A DNA stretch of 24,803 nt, taken from NCBI GenBank assembly GCA_015661205.1, contig JACVXV010000025.1, forward strand, positions 1-24,803, written 5' to 3'. Both the position numbers and the translations under genes were made by a program. The notes under the pieces are model-generated. The model was given only the letters and a program-made list of their open reading frames with translations. It was not told the origin of the DNA and ran no database searches. Source of the DNA: Candidatus Brocadiaceae bacterium (GTDB lineage Bacteria; Planctomycetota; Brocadiia; Brocadiales; Brocadiaceae). This document shows positions 6,679 to 15,386 of the stretch, piece after piece; within the stretch, counting starts at the first letter, position 1, and every line of letters starts with the position of its first letter.

Positions 6679-8382
6679 TTACTCGCGTCTGTGCGTATTA
6701 ATACGCATTTGAAGTGATTTTAACTTTCGGTGTATGGCAAATTCCGATTCAGCCTCAATGTGCATACCCTTTTTTTGGTAAAGGAATCCCAAGTTTTTAT
6801 GGATGTTGGCGTCATCGGCATCAATATCCAGCGCCTTTTTGAATGCGTTGATGGCGTCATCCACCTTGCCGATGCCCTGATAAACAACGGCAAGATTATA
6901 ATAGGCGTCAACGTAAGCAGGGTTTATCTTTGTCGCTTTTTCCCAACAAGCAACAGCCGACAAATACATATTTTTTTTCGCGTAAGTGTTACCCAACTTA
7001 TAAAATATATCGGAACGGTCAGGGTAGAGTTCGGTAGTTCGCTCCCATGTTTGTATTGCCTTATCCAACAAGCCCTTTGAATAATAAATATCCGCAAGAC
7101 CGGTTAGCGCTCCATAATCATCAGGGTTAATTTTGACAGCCTTGTTCCAGCACGAAATGGCCTTACTCTCGTTCCCCAGATTAAAATATGCAACCCCCAG
7201 ATTATAGTAGGCGTCCGCCTTTTGAGGGTTTAGCTCTATCGCCTTCTTCCAGGCTTCGATAGATTGCTCCCTCTCCCCCTTAACGGCGTAAAGCTCCCCA
7301 CAGTTATAATACGCATCCGCATAATCCGGTTTAAAGCTGATAGCCCATCGGTAGTACGACAACGCCTCGGATTCCCTGTCATTTTCCGCATAAACCTCAC
7401 CCAGGGCAAAATAGGCCTCGGCCATTTTAGGATTTATTTTAAGCGCTTGTTGCAAGGAAAAGACCACATCCTGGAATTTATCGCCTTCACGGTAAACCAT
7501 CCCCAGATTATAGTAAGCCTCCACAAAGTTAGGCGACAACGTTACGGCCTTTTTGAGGGCATCTGCGGCATCCTTCAAATCACCCTTTGCATAATAGGCG
7601 ATACCGAGGTTGTTAAATGCTTCCGCATAGTTTTTATTATACTGCACGGCCAGTTGATGTTCGGCGATTGAATTTTCAAAATCACCGCGCCCATAATACA
7701 ACATACCGAGAAAATTATGCGCCTCCGCGTCATCTTTTTTTAAGTTGATTACCTGCCTGAATTCCCTTTCTGCGTTTTCAGGCAAATTCTTTTTAAAGTA
7801 CACAACCCCCAGCATGAAGTGAACGTCTGCATCTTTCGGATCGAGGCTAACGGCCTTTTCCAAAAAGGCAGCGGATTCGTTCAACTTGTCTTTTTCATAA
7901 GAAAGGACGCCCAGATAGTAATTGGTATCCACCTTTAACGGATTTAGCGCAAGGCTTTCTTTGTAGGCAGAAAAAGACTCCGAAAGCGACTTTAGGTATT
8001 TGTAGGTCAGTCCAAGGTCGCTATAAGCTTCCGCCTTTTCCTCTACCCGGTCAGGGTTATAAAATGATATTGCCGCGAGAAATTCGGGGATGGCTTCCTG
8101 CAGTTTATCCAGCTCATAGTAAGCCTTCCCCAAGTAGTGGTGCAGTTCTGCGTCGCCTCTTGCCCTTTCAGAGGCAATAATTAACTCCTCAACGGCGTCT
8201 TCCAGCATACCCTTTTTATAATACGAAATCCCCTGCGCCTTATTGCTCATGGGCGACTGGGAGTCGTCAGCGCCGCTTTGAGTCCCTTTTTTCATTACCC
8301 ATTTCGCCGCCAGCGCGGTTTGGCATATCAGCAGCGCTGGTATGAGGAATAAAACTATATACATTTGTTTTTTCATTATCAT
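6679..8382 (-). CDS. exported tetratricopeptide-repeat (TPR) protein
   Basis: N-terminal signal-like segment MIMKKQMYIVLFLIPALLICQTALAAKW. About 14-15 consecutive 34-aa TPR units follow, with recurrent A.YNLG..Y...G....A...%.KAL..P motifs. Confidence 0.85.
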   Translation of the reverse strand: MIMKKQMYIVLFLIPALLICQTALAAKWVMKKGTQSGADDSQSPMSNKAQGISYYKKGMLEDAVEELIIASERARGDAELHHYLGKAYYELDKLQEAIPEFLAAISFYNPDRVEEKAEAYSDLGLTYKYLKSLSESFSAYKESLALNPLKVDTNYYLGVLSYEKDKLNESAAFLEKAVSLDPKDADVHFMLGVVYFKKNLPENAEREFRQVINLKKDDAEAHNFLGMLYYGRGDFENSIAEHQLAVQYNKNYAEAFNNLGIAYYAKGDLKDAADALKKAVTLSPNFVEAYYNLGMVYREGDKFQDVVFSLQQALKINPKMAEAYFALGEVYAENDRESEALSYYRWAISFKPDYADAYYNCGELYAVKGEREQSIEAWKKAIELNPQKADAYYNLGVAYFNLGNESKAISCWNKAVKINPDDYGALTGLADIYYSKGLLDKAIQTWERTTELYPDRSDIFYKLGNTYAKKNMYLSAVACWEKATKINPAYVDAYYNLAVVYQGIGKVDDAINAFKKALDIDADDANIHKNLGFLYQKKGMHIEAESEFAIHRKLKSLQMRINTHRRE

Positions 8383-8413
8383 TGTCCTGTTCGTTCGATA
8401 ACGGCTATTGAAT

Positions 8414-8468
8414 TAAGCCTTTGGCAACTTTTAGCAGCGTAGTGGCAAGGCGCGCCTTGCCACTACAC
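8414..8468. repeat. 55-nt structured repeat, copy 1, containing a perfect 28-nt palindrome
   Basis: GTAGTGGCAAGGCGCGCCTTGCCACTAC at 8439-8466, with the leader GCCTTTGGCAACTTTTAGCAGC. A near-identical copy (about 6 mismatches) lies at 17847-17901. Confidence 0.9.
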
Positions 8469-8499
8469 GTGTATTTGAAATTCCTGTACGTTTAATTAG

Positions 8500-8627
8500 G
8501 CATTCGGCAACTTTTGTGTAGAGCGAAGAGGCTCTTCGCTCTACAACAGGCCCGAAGGGCTGAAAGTATATAGCCAGGGTTGAAGCCCCTGGTAAAGGGA
8601 ATAATATAACAAGCCCTGAAGGGGCGA
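8500..8627. repeat. composite REP-like module, copy 1 (leader + 27-nt palindrome + three GC hairpins)
   Basis: GCATTCGGCAACTTTTG, then GTAGAGCGAAGAGGCTCTTCGCTCTAC (8518-8544), then ACAGGCCCGAAGGGCTGAAAG...ATAGCCAGGG...AAGCCCTGAAGGGGCGA. It is collinear with 19539-19697. Confidence 0.85.
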
Positions 8628-8730
8628 CAGAAAAGGATGCTGAATATGGCTGGGACACGTATCTTTCCTAAAATTTACCATTGTTTTGTTCCTGAAAACA
8701 AAATGAAGCAGGAGCTTCTTGCGCAGACAC

Positions 8731-8754
8731 GTTCCCAAGCTTGAGCTTGGGAAC
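8731..8754. repeat. 10-bp-stem hairpin GTTCCCAAGC-TTGA-GCTTGGGAAC
   Basis: A perfect inverted repeat seen directly in the sequence. It translates as VPKLELGNE in the spurious ORF 8719..8907. Confidence 0.8.
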
Positions 8755-8894
8755 GAGGCGAATGTCCCTTTCGACAATCATTATCCTGTGATTTTATCAG
8801 TAATTTCAAGGCATTCAAGAGAATTTACTTCTTGTATGGTTGCGGGGATAGCGCCGGGACTGGCGGATTCCGGCGTGCCGGGTTACGCTGGAGG

Positions 8895-8917
8895 CCATCA
8901 GGGCTGAAGCCCTGAGC
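8895..8917. repeat. 23-nt GC hairpin element, copy 2
   Basis: Identical to 1903-1925. It abuts and overlaps by 1 nt the TAG stop (8917-8919, minus strand) of the large radical SAM gene. Confidence 0.85.
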
Positions 8918-11829
8918 TACGGGGCTAATCGCTCCACGCTGCACGCAAGGCATTGGCGGTCTTCAAGCGGTTGGCCGAAAAGAAAGGTCTCGTTGACGCT
9001 GTCGCCACAGCAAATGCACTTTTCATGTTTTTGCAGCAAGGGGTATCTGCCATAATATCCCAGGGCTTCCATGTAGGTACAAACAAACTCACGCCTTTTC
9101 CCAACGCCATAACAGATTTCCAGAAAAGCCTGGAGGTCAAAACGTGCCGCCACGGCCATTATAATGGAAAACCCCGCTTCCGGCACCTGCGATGCGCCGG
9201 TTTTACCGACCTTTGCATATACGACTACGGCGTTTTTTTTGCTTTTTGTATCGACTTTAAAAATCGTCTGGCCGTTTCTTTTTAATAACGTATACTTCAC
9301 GTAACTGCCCCGCAGGTACTCTTCCAGTTTCTGCTCTACTAAAGGCCGGGTAAATTCCTTGCCGAACTGAAAACGGTACAACACGTATTTAACCTCTTGC
9401 CCATCGACCGGATTTAAGATAAATTCCTTTACCTTGAATCCCTGACATAGCGTCTGTATCGCGCTATGTTTTTGGGACAGCGACGCGCTGCTTAACAATT
9501 CCAGAGACCTGTCATTTGAAAAGAAGGTCAGATTATACACGTTGACGCCGTAAATAAAATCCGCCGGGGTTTTCTCGCCATTGAATTCACTAAGGTAACC
9601 GGACACGTTCTTATAATAGGGAACGATTTCCGGCATGGCCATCATAATCGCACGCGCCAGGACTACACCGACAAACTGCTTCGGAGCCAGCCGAAGGGAT
9701 GCGTCAATCTCAACAACGACGCTGAGGGTAATCGTGTTTTGCTTGCTCCGGGCAATCTTATGAAGTTCTTCCATGAAAAAAGGCGGTTGCATCTTGTGCT
9801 GCGTGAGGTTTTTCCTATGGTCCGCGGTCGGGCACGCGCCGCAGCCCAGGCATTTTACGTCTACGTGCGGGCGCCCCAGGCAGTATTCACGTTCGGCAAA
9901 ATCAAGAGAACGCTGATATTCTTCCCATAAATATCGCTTCGGAACGCCCGTATCGATATCATCCCAGGGGAAAGCACACTGTTCCCCTTTTTCGCTAAAA
10001 TAGTCTTCTTCGGTTAACGCCAAATCGGCCAGGTAGCCACGCCAGTTCCTGAGCGCCTGCTTGGGAATGACGTTGTAATAAAGTATCCCATCCTCAATTG
10101 ACGAACGGATAAGCGCCGGCGTGAGCCGTCTGTCGCCCTTAGCGAGCAACTGCGTCAACCACATTTCTTCAAATGAAGCGCTTTCCCTGAATTCCATACC
10201 ACCAGACTTGCAGGCGCGCTCAATCGACTTTTTTATGTTTTTTATGTCCCCAAGTGACGTAAGGCAGGCATGAAACTGCAATGGGGTGTGTGGTGGATAA
10301 TACAGAGGAGTCAGACTGAAAATAATGCGCACGTGGCTGTCTGACATACTCTTTAAACTTTCCAGGCTCTTGACAAACCTTTCAAATTCAACAAAATCCT
10401 CACCCTGCTCCAACCCCGTGGCGATTAAAAATATCTTCAGTTCCCTGATGCCCCTTTTAAACAGCGATTCACAGGCCTTGTAAATCTGCACTTCCGTCAG
10501 GTTTTTGTGGAGACGGCGGCGTAACCGGTCACTAATGCCTTCCATCCCGCAACTTACCGTAGTCTTTCCAATCGTTTGCTGCACTTCCGCAAGGAAACTG
10601 TCGCCGGCGAGCAGGTCGAATCGCTGGCTTTTCAGGCTTACGTTGTCCATTTCACGGTAAAGCGACAATATCATGGGATACAGTTCCGCGTGGGTATTAA
10701 AATTGAAGCTTAGGAGGTTCACCGTATCAAGCCCCTGGCACGCCTTTGCCGTTTTCAGGCTTTCAGAAATCCTTGACAGAGAACGCTCACGATAGGGTTT
10801 GCGCTCCCAGCTTTCCGCACAAAAGGCGCAAAAACAAGGGCATCCGGTACTGATCTGCACGCTTCCCAAACCCAGGCTTTCCGTATCGTACCACACGGGG
10901 CATGACTCCATGGCGCGAACCTTGTCTAGCTCGTGTACCACGGCGCTTTTTACCGGAAAGGACACGTATGTCTCTTTTGGTGTGATTTCCCGCAATTCGC
11001 TTTTTCCCTTCAAAGCAACTCCCACAACCCCTTCACTTTCAGCAAGAGGCAACCCTTCCACTGCTATTGGGAGGGGAGCGCCGATTGGTGTGGAAACTTC
11101 ATATCGGTGTTCATATTTATCCGGCTCGTAAAATCCATCCACCTTCCCGTGGCAGGCATTTAGGATTTCTTTTTTGCTCCAGCCCTGTAACCTGCCTAGT
11201 TTAACCATCTCCAGAAATTGTTTGATGGAATATTCCCCTTCGCCAATAAATACGGCATCCACAAGCCCGTAATGCCCATCCGCCCCTTGTTCTTCCAGGG
11301 TACCATGCAGGACAGAGGTAACTCCGGAGCTGGCGCCCCCCAGGATGATAAAAGGAACGTCCTCGCGAAGCATACGCTCCGTTTTAAAAAGGGGAATTCC
11401 GGAGAGATGTAGAAGCTTTGGGAGGTTAAGCAATTCCAACACAAAGGAGTTGCTGATCCCCAGGACGTGAAATGCGGTGGGCGGCTCTTTAGTAGTCGTT
11501 CCCACCCAAGGCGGTATACGTGAAGCAGCCATGAGATCAATGTCCCTGGGCGGCGGCAAAAAGGCGAAGTCGGTAAAGACGCCTTCAACTTCCCTGGCAA
11601 TCTGGGCTATGAGAGAATGAGAGATGGAGGTCGATACGTCACGATAGGTGGATAACCTGCATATAAGAAATCGCAGTTCTGCCTGAGAAAAAAGGGCAGG
11701 GTCCATGGTATTGGGTTCTCCCCCTTTTAACCATAGGCCGGACAAGGAAAGCAAGTAGTAATTTTGGTCGTACCATTGTCTGATTTCCTGTGAAGATTTT
11801 AAACAGTCGTAGGGGTTGATGTTGAGCAT
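8917..11829 (-). CDS. B12-binding-domain-type radical SAM protein (TIGR03960-like) fused to a radical-SAM-linked DUF2344/TIGR03936-like C-terminal region
   Basis: CxxxCxxC appears in STGCPCFCAFCAES. The N-terminal pattern (FLICRLSTYRDVSTSISHSL..., FHVLGISNSFVLELLNLPKLLHLSGIPL, PFIILGG...DAVFIGEGEYSIKQFLEMV) matches the TIGR03960 layout as I recall it. The last ~270 aa are only loosely DUF2344-like and end in a Cys-rich tail, CICCGD...CLAC. An alternative start is M42 (11706). Confidence 0.75.
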   Translation of the reverse strand: MLNINPYDCLKSSQEIRQWYDQNYYLLSLSGLWLKGGEPNTMDPALFSQAELRFLICRLSTYRDVSTSISHSLIAQIAREVEGVFTDFAFLPPPRDIDLMAASRIPPWVGTTTKEPPTAFHVLGISNSFVLELLNLPKLLHLSGIPLFKTERMLREDVPFIILGGASSGVTSVLHGTLEEQGADGHYGLVDAVFIGEGEYSIKQFLEMVKLGRLQGWSKKEILNACHGKVDGFYEPDKYEHRYEVSTPIGAPLPIAVEGLPLAESEGVVGVALKGKSELREITPKETYVSFPVKSAVVHELDKVRAMESCPVWYDTESLGLGSVQISTGCPCFCAFCAESWERKPYRERSLSRISESLKTAKACQGLDTVNLLSFNFNTHAELYPMILSLYREMDNVSLKSQRFDLLAGDSFLAEVQQTIGKTTVSCGMEGISDRLRRRLHKNLTEVQIYKACESLFKRGIRELKIFLIATGLEQGEDFVEFERFVKSLESLKSMSDSHVRIIFSLTPLYYPPHTPLQFHACLTSLGDIKNIKKSIERACKSGGMEFRESASFEEMWLTQLLAKGDRRLTPALIRSSIEDGILYYNVIPKQALRNWRGYLADLALTEEDYFSEKGEQCAFPWDDIDTGVPKRYLWEEYQRSLDFAEREYCLGRPHVDVKCLGCGACPTADHRKNLTQHKMQPPFFMEELHKIARSKQNTITLSVVVEIDASLRLAPKQFVGVVLARAIMMAMPEIVPYYKNVSGYLSEFNGEKTPADFIYGVNVYNLTFFSNDRSLELLSSASLSQKHSAIQTLCQGFKVKEFILNPVDGQEVKYVLYRFQFGKEFTRPLVEQKLEEYLRGSYVKYTLLKRNGQTIFKVDTKSKKNAVVVYAKVGKTGASQVPEAGFSIIMAVAARFDLQAFLEICYGVGKRREFVCTYMEALGYYGRYPLLQKHEKCICCGDSVNETFLFGQPLEDRQCLACSVERLAP

Positions 11830-12638
11830 GGTTGTTGAAAAACTTTCTGAATAATTTCAAGCATTTCTGCGTGTACGCCGCCGGAACCGGCAATAACGTT
11901 GCCGGATTTTAAAAAAAGATTGCCGCCTGTAAAATCAGTGACCACCCCACCTGCCTCTTTGACGATAAGGGCGCCTGCTGCTACGTCCCATGGGGAAAGA
12001 CCGATTTCAAAAAAACCACCAAAGACACCATCAGCCGTGTACGCAAGGTCGAGACAGGCCGACCCGCACCTTCTAATGCCGGTGGCGCGCATAAACAACC
12101 CCCGAAACGCCTTCAGGTAGGTATCAATGACGTCTTTTATCCTGAAGGGAAAACCGGTAGCGATAAGTGACGCACTCAAAACACCGGTGCTTGAAACTTG
12201 CATCCGGCATCCATTTTTGAATGCGCCCATATCTTTTACCGCCGAATAGACGATTTCCCTGAGCGGCTCATAAATAAGCCCCACCGCCAGCTCCCCTTCT
12301 ATTTCCAAGGCAATGGAGATGGCGAAACTCGGCAGGCCGTGGATATAATTCAGGGTGCCGTCCAGCGGGTCGATGATCCATCGGAAAGGGGATGAATTCC
12401 TTTCCGGCGTAGATTCCTCGGCAAGGATGTCGTGATCCTTGAAATGAGAGCGAACGAGGTTTTTGATGATTGCCTCGGATTTTTTATCGACATCGGTAAC
12501 GTAATCATTCTTTGCCTTTTCGTTAATCATGGAAGGACTCACCTTGCCAAAGTGTTCTTTAAGAACAACTCCGGCCTGAAGCGCGGCCTTTTGTGCAATT
12601 TCAAGAAACGGTTTTAAATTGTTTCGATTCATTGGCAT
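11799..12638 (-). CDS. inositol monophosphatase family protein (SuhB/ImpA-like)
   Basis: WIIDPLDGTLNYIHGLP (the DPxDGT metal motif), EESTPE, and WDVAAGALIVKEAGG. It overlaps the downstream radical SAM start by 31 nt. Confidence 0.85.
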   Translation of the reverse strand: MPMNRNNLKPFLEIAQKAALQAGVVLKEHFGKVSPSMINEKAKNDYVTDVDKKSEAIIKNLVRSHFKDHDILAEESTPERNSSPFRWIIDPLDGTLNYIHGLPSFAISIALEIEGELAVGLIYEPLREIVYSAVKDMGAFKNGCRMQVSSTGVLSASLIATGFPFRIKDVIDTYLKAFRGLFMRATGIRRCGSACLDLAYTADGVFGGFFEIGLSPWDVAAGALIVKEAGGVVTDFTGGNLFLKSGNVIAGSGGVHAEMLEIIQKVFQQPCSTSTPTTV

Positions 12639-12931
12639 TTTAGCGGTTTTTGTTGTTTTCTAAACAAACACATAAATAATCAGGTTGTATGTGTACTGGA
12701 ATTATTACTTGTGCCACTCCATCCCCATACCCCCCGCCAGCGGGAGACAGTGGCCAGCAACGCCTTCGGTCACTTTTATACCGTTGTGAGCCACAAACAG
12801 GCACGGGCTAACCGTGAATACAAAGAAAACCTACAAATGGCTCATTTATTATTGAAACTTACAAAACGGTGAAACTACAACGTGAAAAAGGGATTGAGTT
12901 TGTGAAACAAACGAGGTCTTTGACGAAGGCG

Positions 12932-14176
12932 CTACACCTTGCCTAAGATGATCGCGGCGTTATGGCCGCCAAAGCCAAATGAATTGGAAAGCACGGTCGT
13001 GACTTTCTTTTCACGGGCGACGTTGGGGACAAAATCCAAACCTGTACATTCGGGGTCCGGTGTTTCATAATTAATCGTCGGCGGGATAATTCCTTCATTG
13101 ATTACAAAAGCGCATATAATTGCCTCAACGCTTCCCGCCGCTCCGAGTTGATGACCAAGCATCGACTTTGTGGAACTAACGGGAATCTTTGACGCATATT
13201 GCCCAAAAACATTTTTTATCGCAATGACCTCAATAGAATCGCCAATAGGGGTCGAAGTTGCATGGGCATTAATGTATTGTATGTCTTCGGGGTTACACCC
13301 GGCATCCTTCATGGCGCTTTTCATACATCGTATAGCCCCGTCACCGCTGCCCTCCGGCGCGGCAATGTGGTACGCATCCGTATTAAGCCCATAGCCCAAA
13401 ACCTCCGCATAAATATACGCCCCACGCTTCTTTGCAAATTCCATGTCTTCAATTACAAGAATGCCTGCCCCTTCTGATATAACAAACCCGTCACGGTCTT
13501 TGTCAAAAGGGCGGCTGGCTTTTTGCGGGGCGTCATTACGGGTGGAAAGCGCCTTCATGGCGCTGAACCCTCCAACGCCCAAGGGAGTAATTACCGCTTC
13601 CGAGCTCCCAACCACCATTGCATCCGCTTCACCTCGCTGAACCATACGCGTGGCCTCCCCGATGGCGTTGCCGCCCGTAGTACATGCAGATACCAGGGCG
13701 TAATTAGGCCCCTTTAATCCGAACCGGATCGCTACCTGTGCCGAAGCGGCGTTTACCATCAATTTTGGCACCATCAGGGGCGATATCCTTGATGGACCTT
13801 TGTTCATAAGATTACCGTGTTGGGTTTCGAGCTCCTGCAAACCACCCATGCCAGAACCAATTAAAACGCCTATCCTCGTTGGATCATAACCGCACGTACT
13901 TAGTTGAGCGTCCTCCACGGCACGGATAGCAGCGGCAAGGGCAAACTGCGCAAAACGATCCAGGCGGCGCGCCTCTTTAACGTCAAACCACTTGGCCGGA
14001 TCAAAATCACTGGCCTCGCCTCCAAAATGAACGCCATGCAATGAGCTGTCGAAGGAGGCTATAGGCTTGATACCGCTCTTTCCCTCACACAATGAAGTCC
14101 AAATCTGCCGCTTTTCAATCCCTAAAGAGGTAATAGCGCCAACACCGGTAATAACAACCCTTCTCCGTTCCAGCAT
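12932..14176 (-). CDS. fabF: 3-oxoacyl-ACP synthase II (KAS II)
   Basis: Active-site Cys in ALVSACTTGGNAIG. His residues in NAHATSTPIGD and MLGHQLGAAG. C-terminal SNSFGFGGHNA. 414 aa. The ATG directly abuts the acpP stop. Confidence 0.93.
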   Translation of the reverse strand: MLERRRVVITGVGAITSLGIEKRQIWTSLCEGKSGIKPIASFDSSLHGVHFGGEASDFDPAKWFDVKEARRLDRFAQFALAAAIRAVEDAQLSTCGYDPTRIGVLIGSGMGGLQELETQHGNLMNKGPSRISPLMVPKLMVNAASAQVAIRFGLKGPNYALVSACTTGGNAIGEATRMVQRGEADAMVVGSSEAVITPLGVGGFSAMKALSTRNDAPQKASRPFDKDRDGFVISEGAGILVIEDMEFAKKRGAYIYAEVLGYGLNTDAYHIAAPEGSGDGAIRCMKSAMKDAGCNPEDIQYINAHATSTPIGDSIEVIAIKNVFGQYASKIPVSSTKSMLGHQLGAAGSVEAIICAFVINEGIIPPTINYETPDPECTGLDFVPNVAREKKVTTVLSNSFGFGGHNAAIILGKV

Positions 14177-14410
14177 TTATTTATGTTCCTCAATATATTT
14201 AATCGCGTCTCCCACGGTACGTATCTTTTCCGCATCTTCGTCCGGAATGTTCATATCAAACGCATCCTCAAATTCCATAATTAACTCCACCGTATCAAGG
14301 GAATCCGCTCCGAGATCGTTAATAAATGAAGTTTCTTTTGCAATTTGCTCTGTTTTTACCCCAAGCTGCTTGGTAATAATCTCTTTTACTTTTTGTTCAA
14401 TTGCTGACAC
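14177..14410 (-). CDS. acpP: acyl carrier protein
   Basis: 77 aa with the phosphopantetheine site [19 protein letters not shown] start preceded by AGGAGG. Confidence 0.93.
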   Translation of the reverse strand: MSAIEQKVKEIITKQLGVKTEQIAKETSFINDLGADSLDTVELIMEFEDAFDMNIPDEDAEKIRTVGDAIKYIEEHK

Positions 14411-14438
14411 GCTCTTTCCTCCTTTTTCATGTTTAAAA

Positions 14439-15386
14439 TTAGTTTGAACTCATACTATTTTCAAAAGCCTCTACCGTATCAATATTTTTGATTTTTTGCG
14501 CAGGGTCGATTCTTTTCATAAGCCCTGACAATGTTTTTCCGGGTCCGATTTCATAGAATTGATTAAAACCGTCCCGAATAAGCGTGTGAATCGACTGGTG
14601 CCATCTCACGGGGCTATTGAGCTGCCTGGCCAAAGAGGTCTTTATTTCGTCCGGTTCACTCACGTATCCCGCATGGACGTTCGCTACTATCGGAATACTT
14701 GGTTTGGAAAAGGGCGTCAAATCCAGTTCCTTTGAAAGCTTGCTACCCGCCGGGGACATCAATTCGGAGTGGAACGCCCCATCCACCTTGAGAGGCACGA
14801 CCATCCTTGCCCCGCGTTCTTTTGCCAGTAGAGACGTCTTTTCCAGCACCGTCTTTTCACCCGAAATAACCACCTGCCCCGGACTATTGTAATTAGCCGC
14901 GCAAACAACACCATGCACGGCCATTTCCTTGCAAATTTGTTCTACCTTTTCGTCGTCTAACCCTATAATGGATACCATCCCCCCCTGCGTGGAGTCACAC
15001 GCCTCTTGCATAAACACCCCCCGCTTATAGACAAGCCTTACGGCATCGGCAAAGGACAGGGAACCGGCCGATACGTGCGCCGTGTATTCTCCCAAACTAA
15101 GCCCTGCCACGGCAAGGGACGCATCTTTCCACAACGAGGAGTTCTTCCTCAAGACTTCCAGAATTGCGATGCTGGTGACCAATATCGCGGGCTGGCACAT
15201 TGAAGTTTTGTTCAACTCCTCCTGGCTTTTAGAAAAGCAGAGCGCGGGAACGTCAAAACCCAGAACTTCACTTGCCCGATCAAATACCTCCTGCGACTCT
15301 TTAAATTTTACGTAAAAATCCTTTCCCATCCCCACATATTGTGTTCCCTGTCCGGGGAAAAGGAGCGCAGCTTTTTTGTTTACCAT
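14439..15386 (-). CDS. fabD: malonyl-CoA:ACP transacylase
   Basis: [12 protein letters not shown], nucleophile motif GLSLGEYTA, and [10 protein letters not shown]. The start overlaps the fabH stop. Confidence 0.92.
   Translation of the reverse strand: MVNKKAALLFPGQGTQYVGMGKDFYVKFKESQEVFDRASEVLGFDVPALCFSKSQEELNKTSMCQPAILVTSIAILEVLRKNSSLWKDASLAVAGLSLGEYTAHVSAGSLSFADAVRLVYKRGVFMQEACDSTQGGMVSIIGLDDEKVEQICKEMAVHGVVCAANYNSPGQVVISGEKTVLEKTSLLAKERGARMVVPLKVDGAFHSELMSPAGSKLSKELDLTPFSKPSIPIVANVHAGYVSEPDEIKTSLARQLNSPVRWHQSIHTLIRDGFNQFYEIGPGKTLSGLMKRIDPAQKIKNIDTVEAFENSMSSN

Noticed and set aside
8414-8660. CRISPR array, considered because of the clustered palindromic repeats (also at 19539-19875 and 20732-20822)
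   Set aside because: There are no equal-length direct repeats separated by unique spacers of similar size. The units differ from one another, are arranged in inverted orientation, or are only 7 nt long. No cas genes are present in the window.
8431-8907. Track ORFs 8431..8658(-), 8541..8777(-) and 8719..8907(+) as possible small proteins
   Set aside because: They lie entirely on REP-like palindromic repeats. Their peptides (for example VVARRALPL, VPKLELGNE) are direct translations of hairpin stems. They overlap one another on both strands, and none has an RBS.
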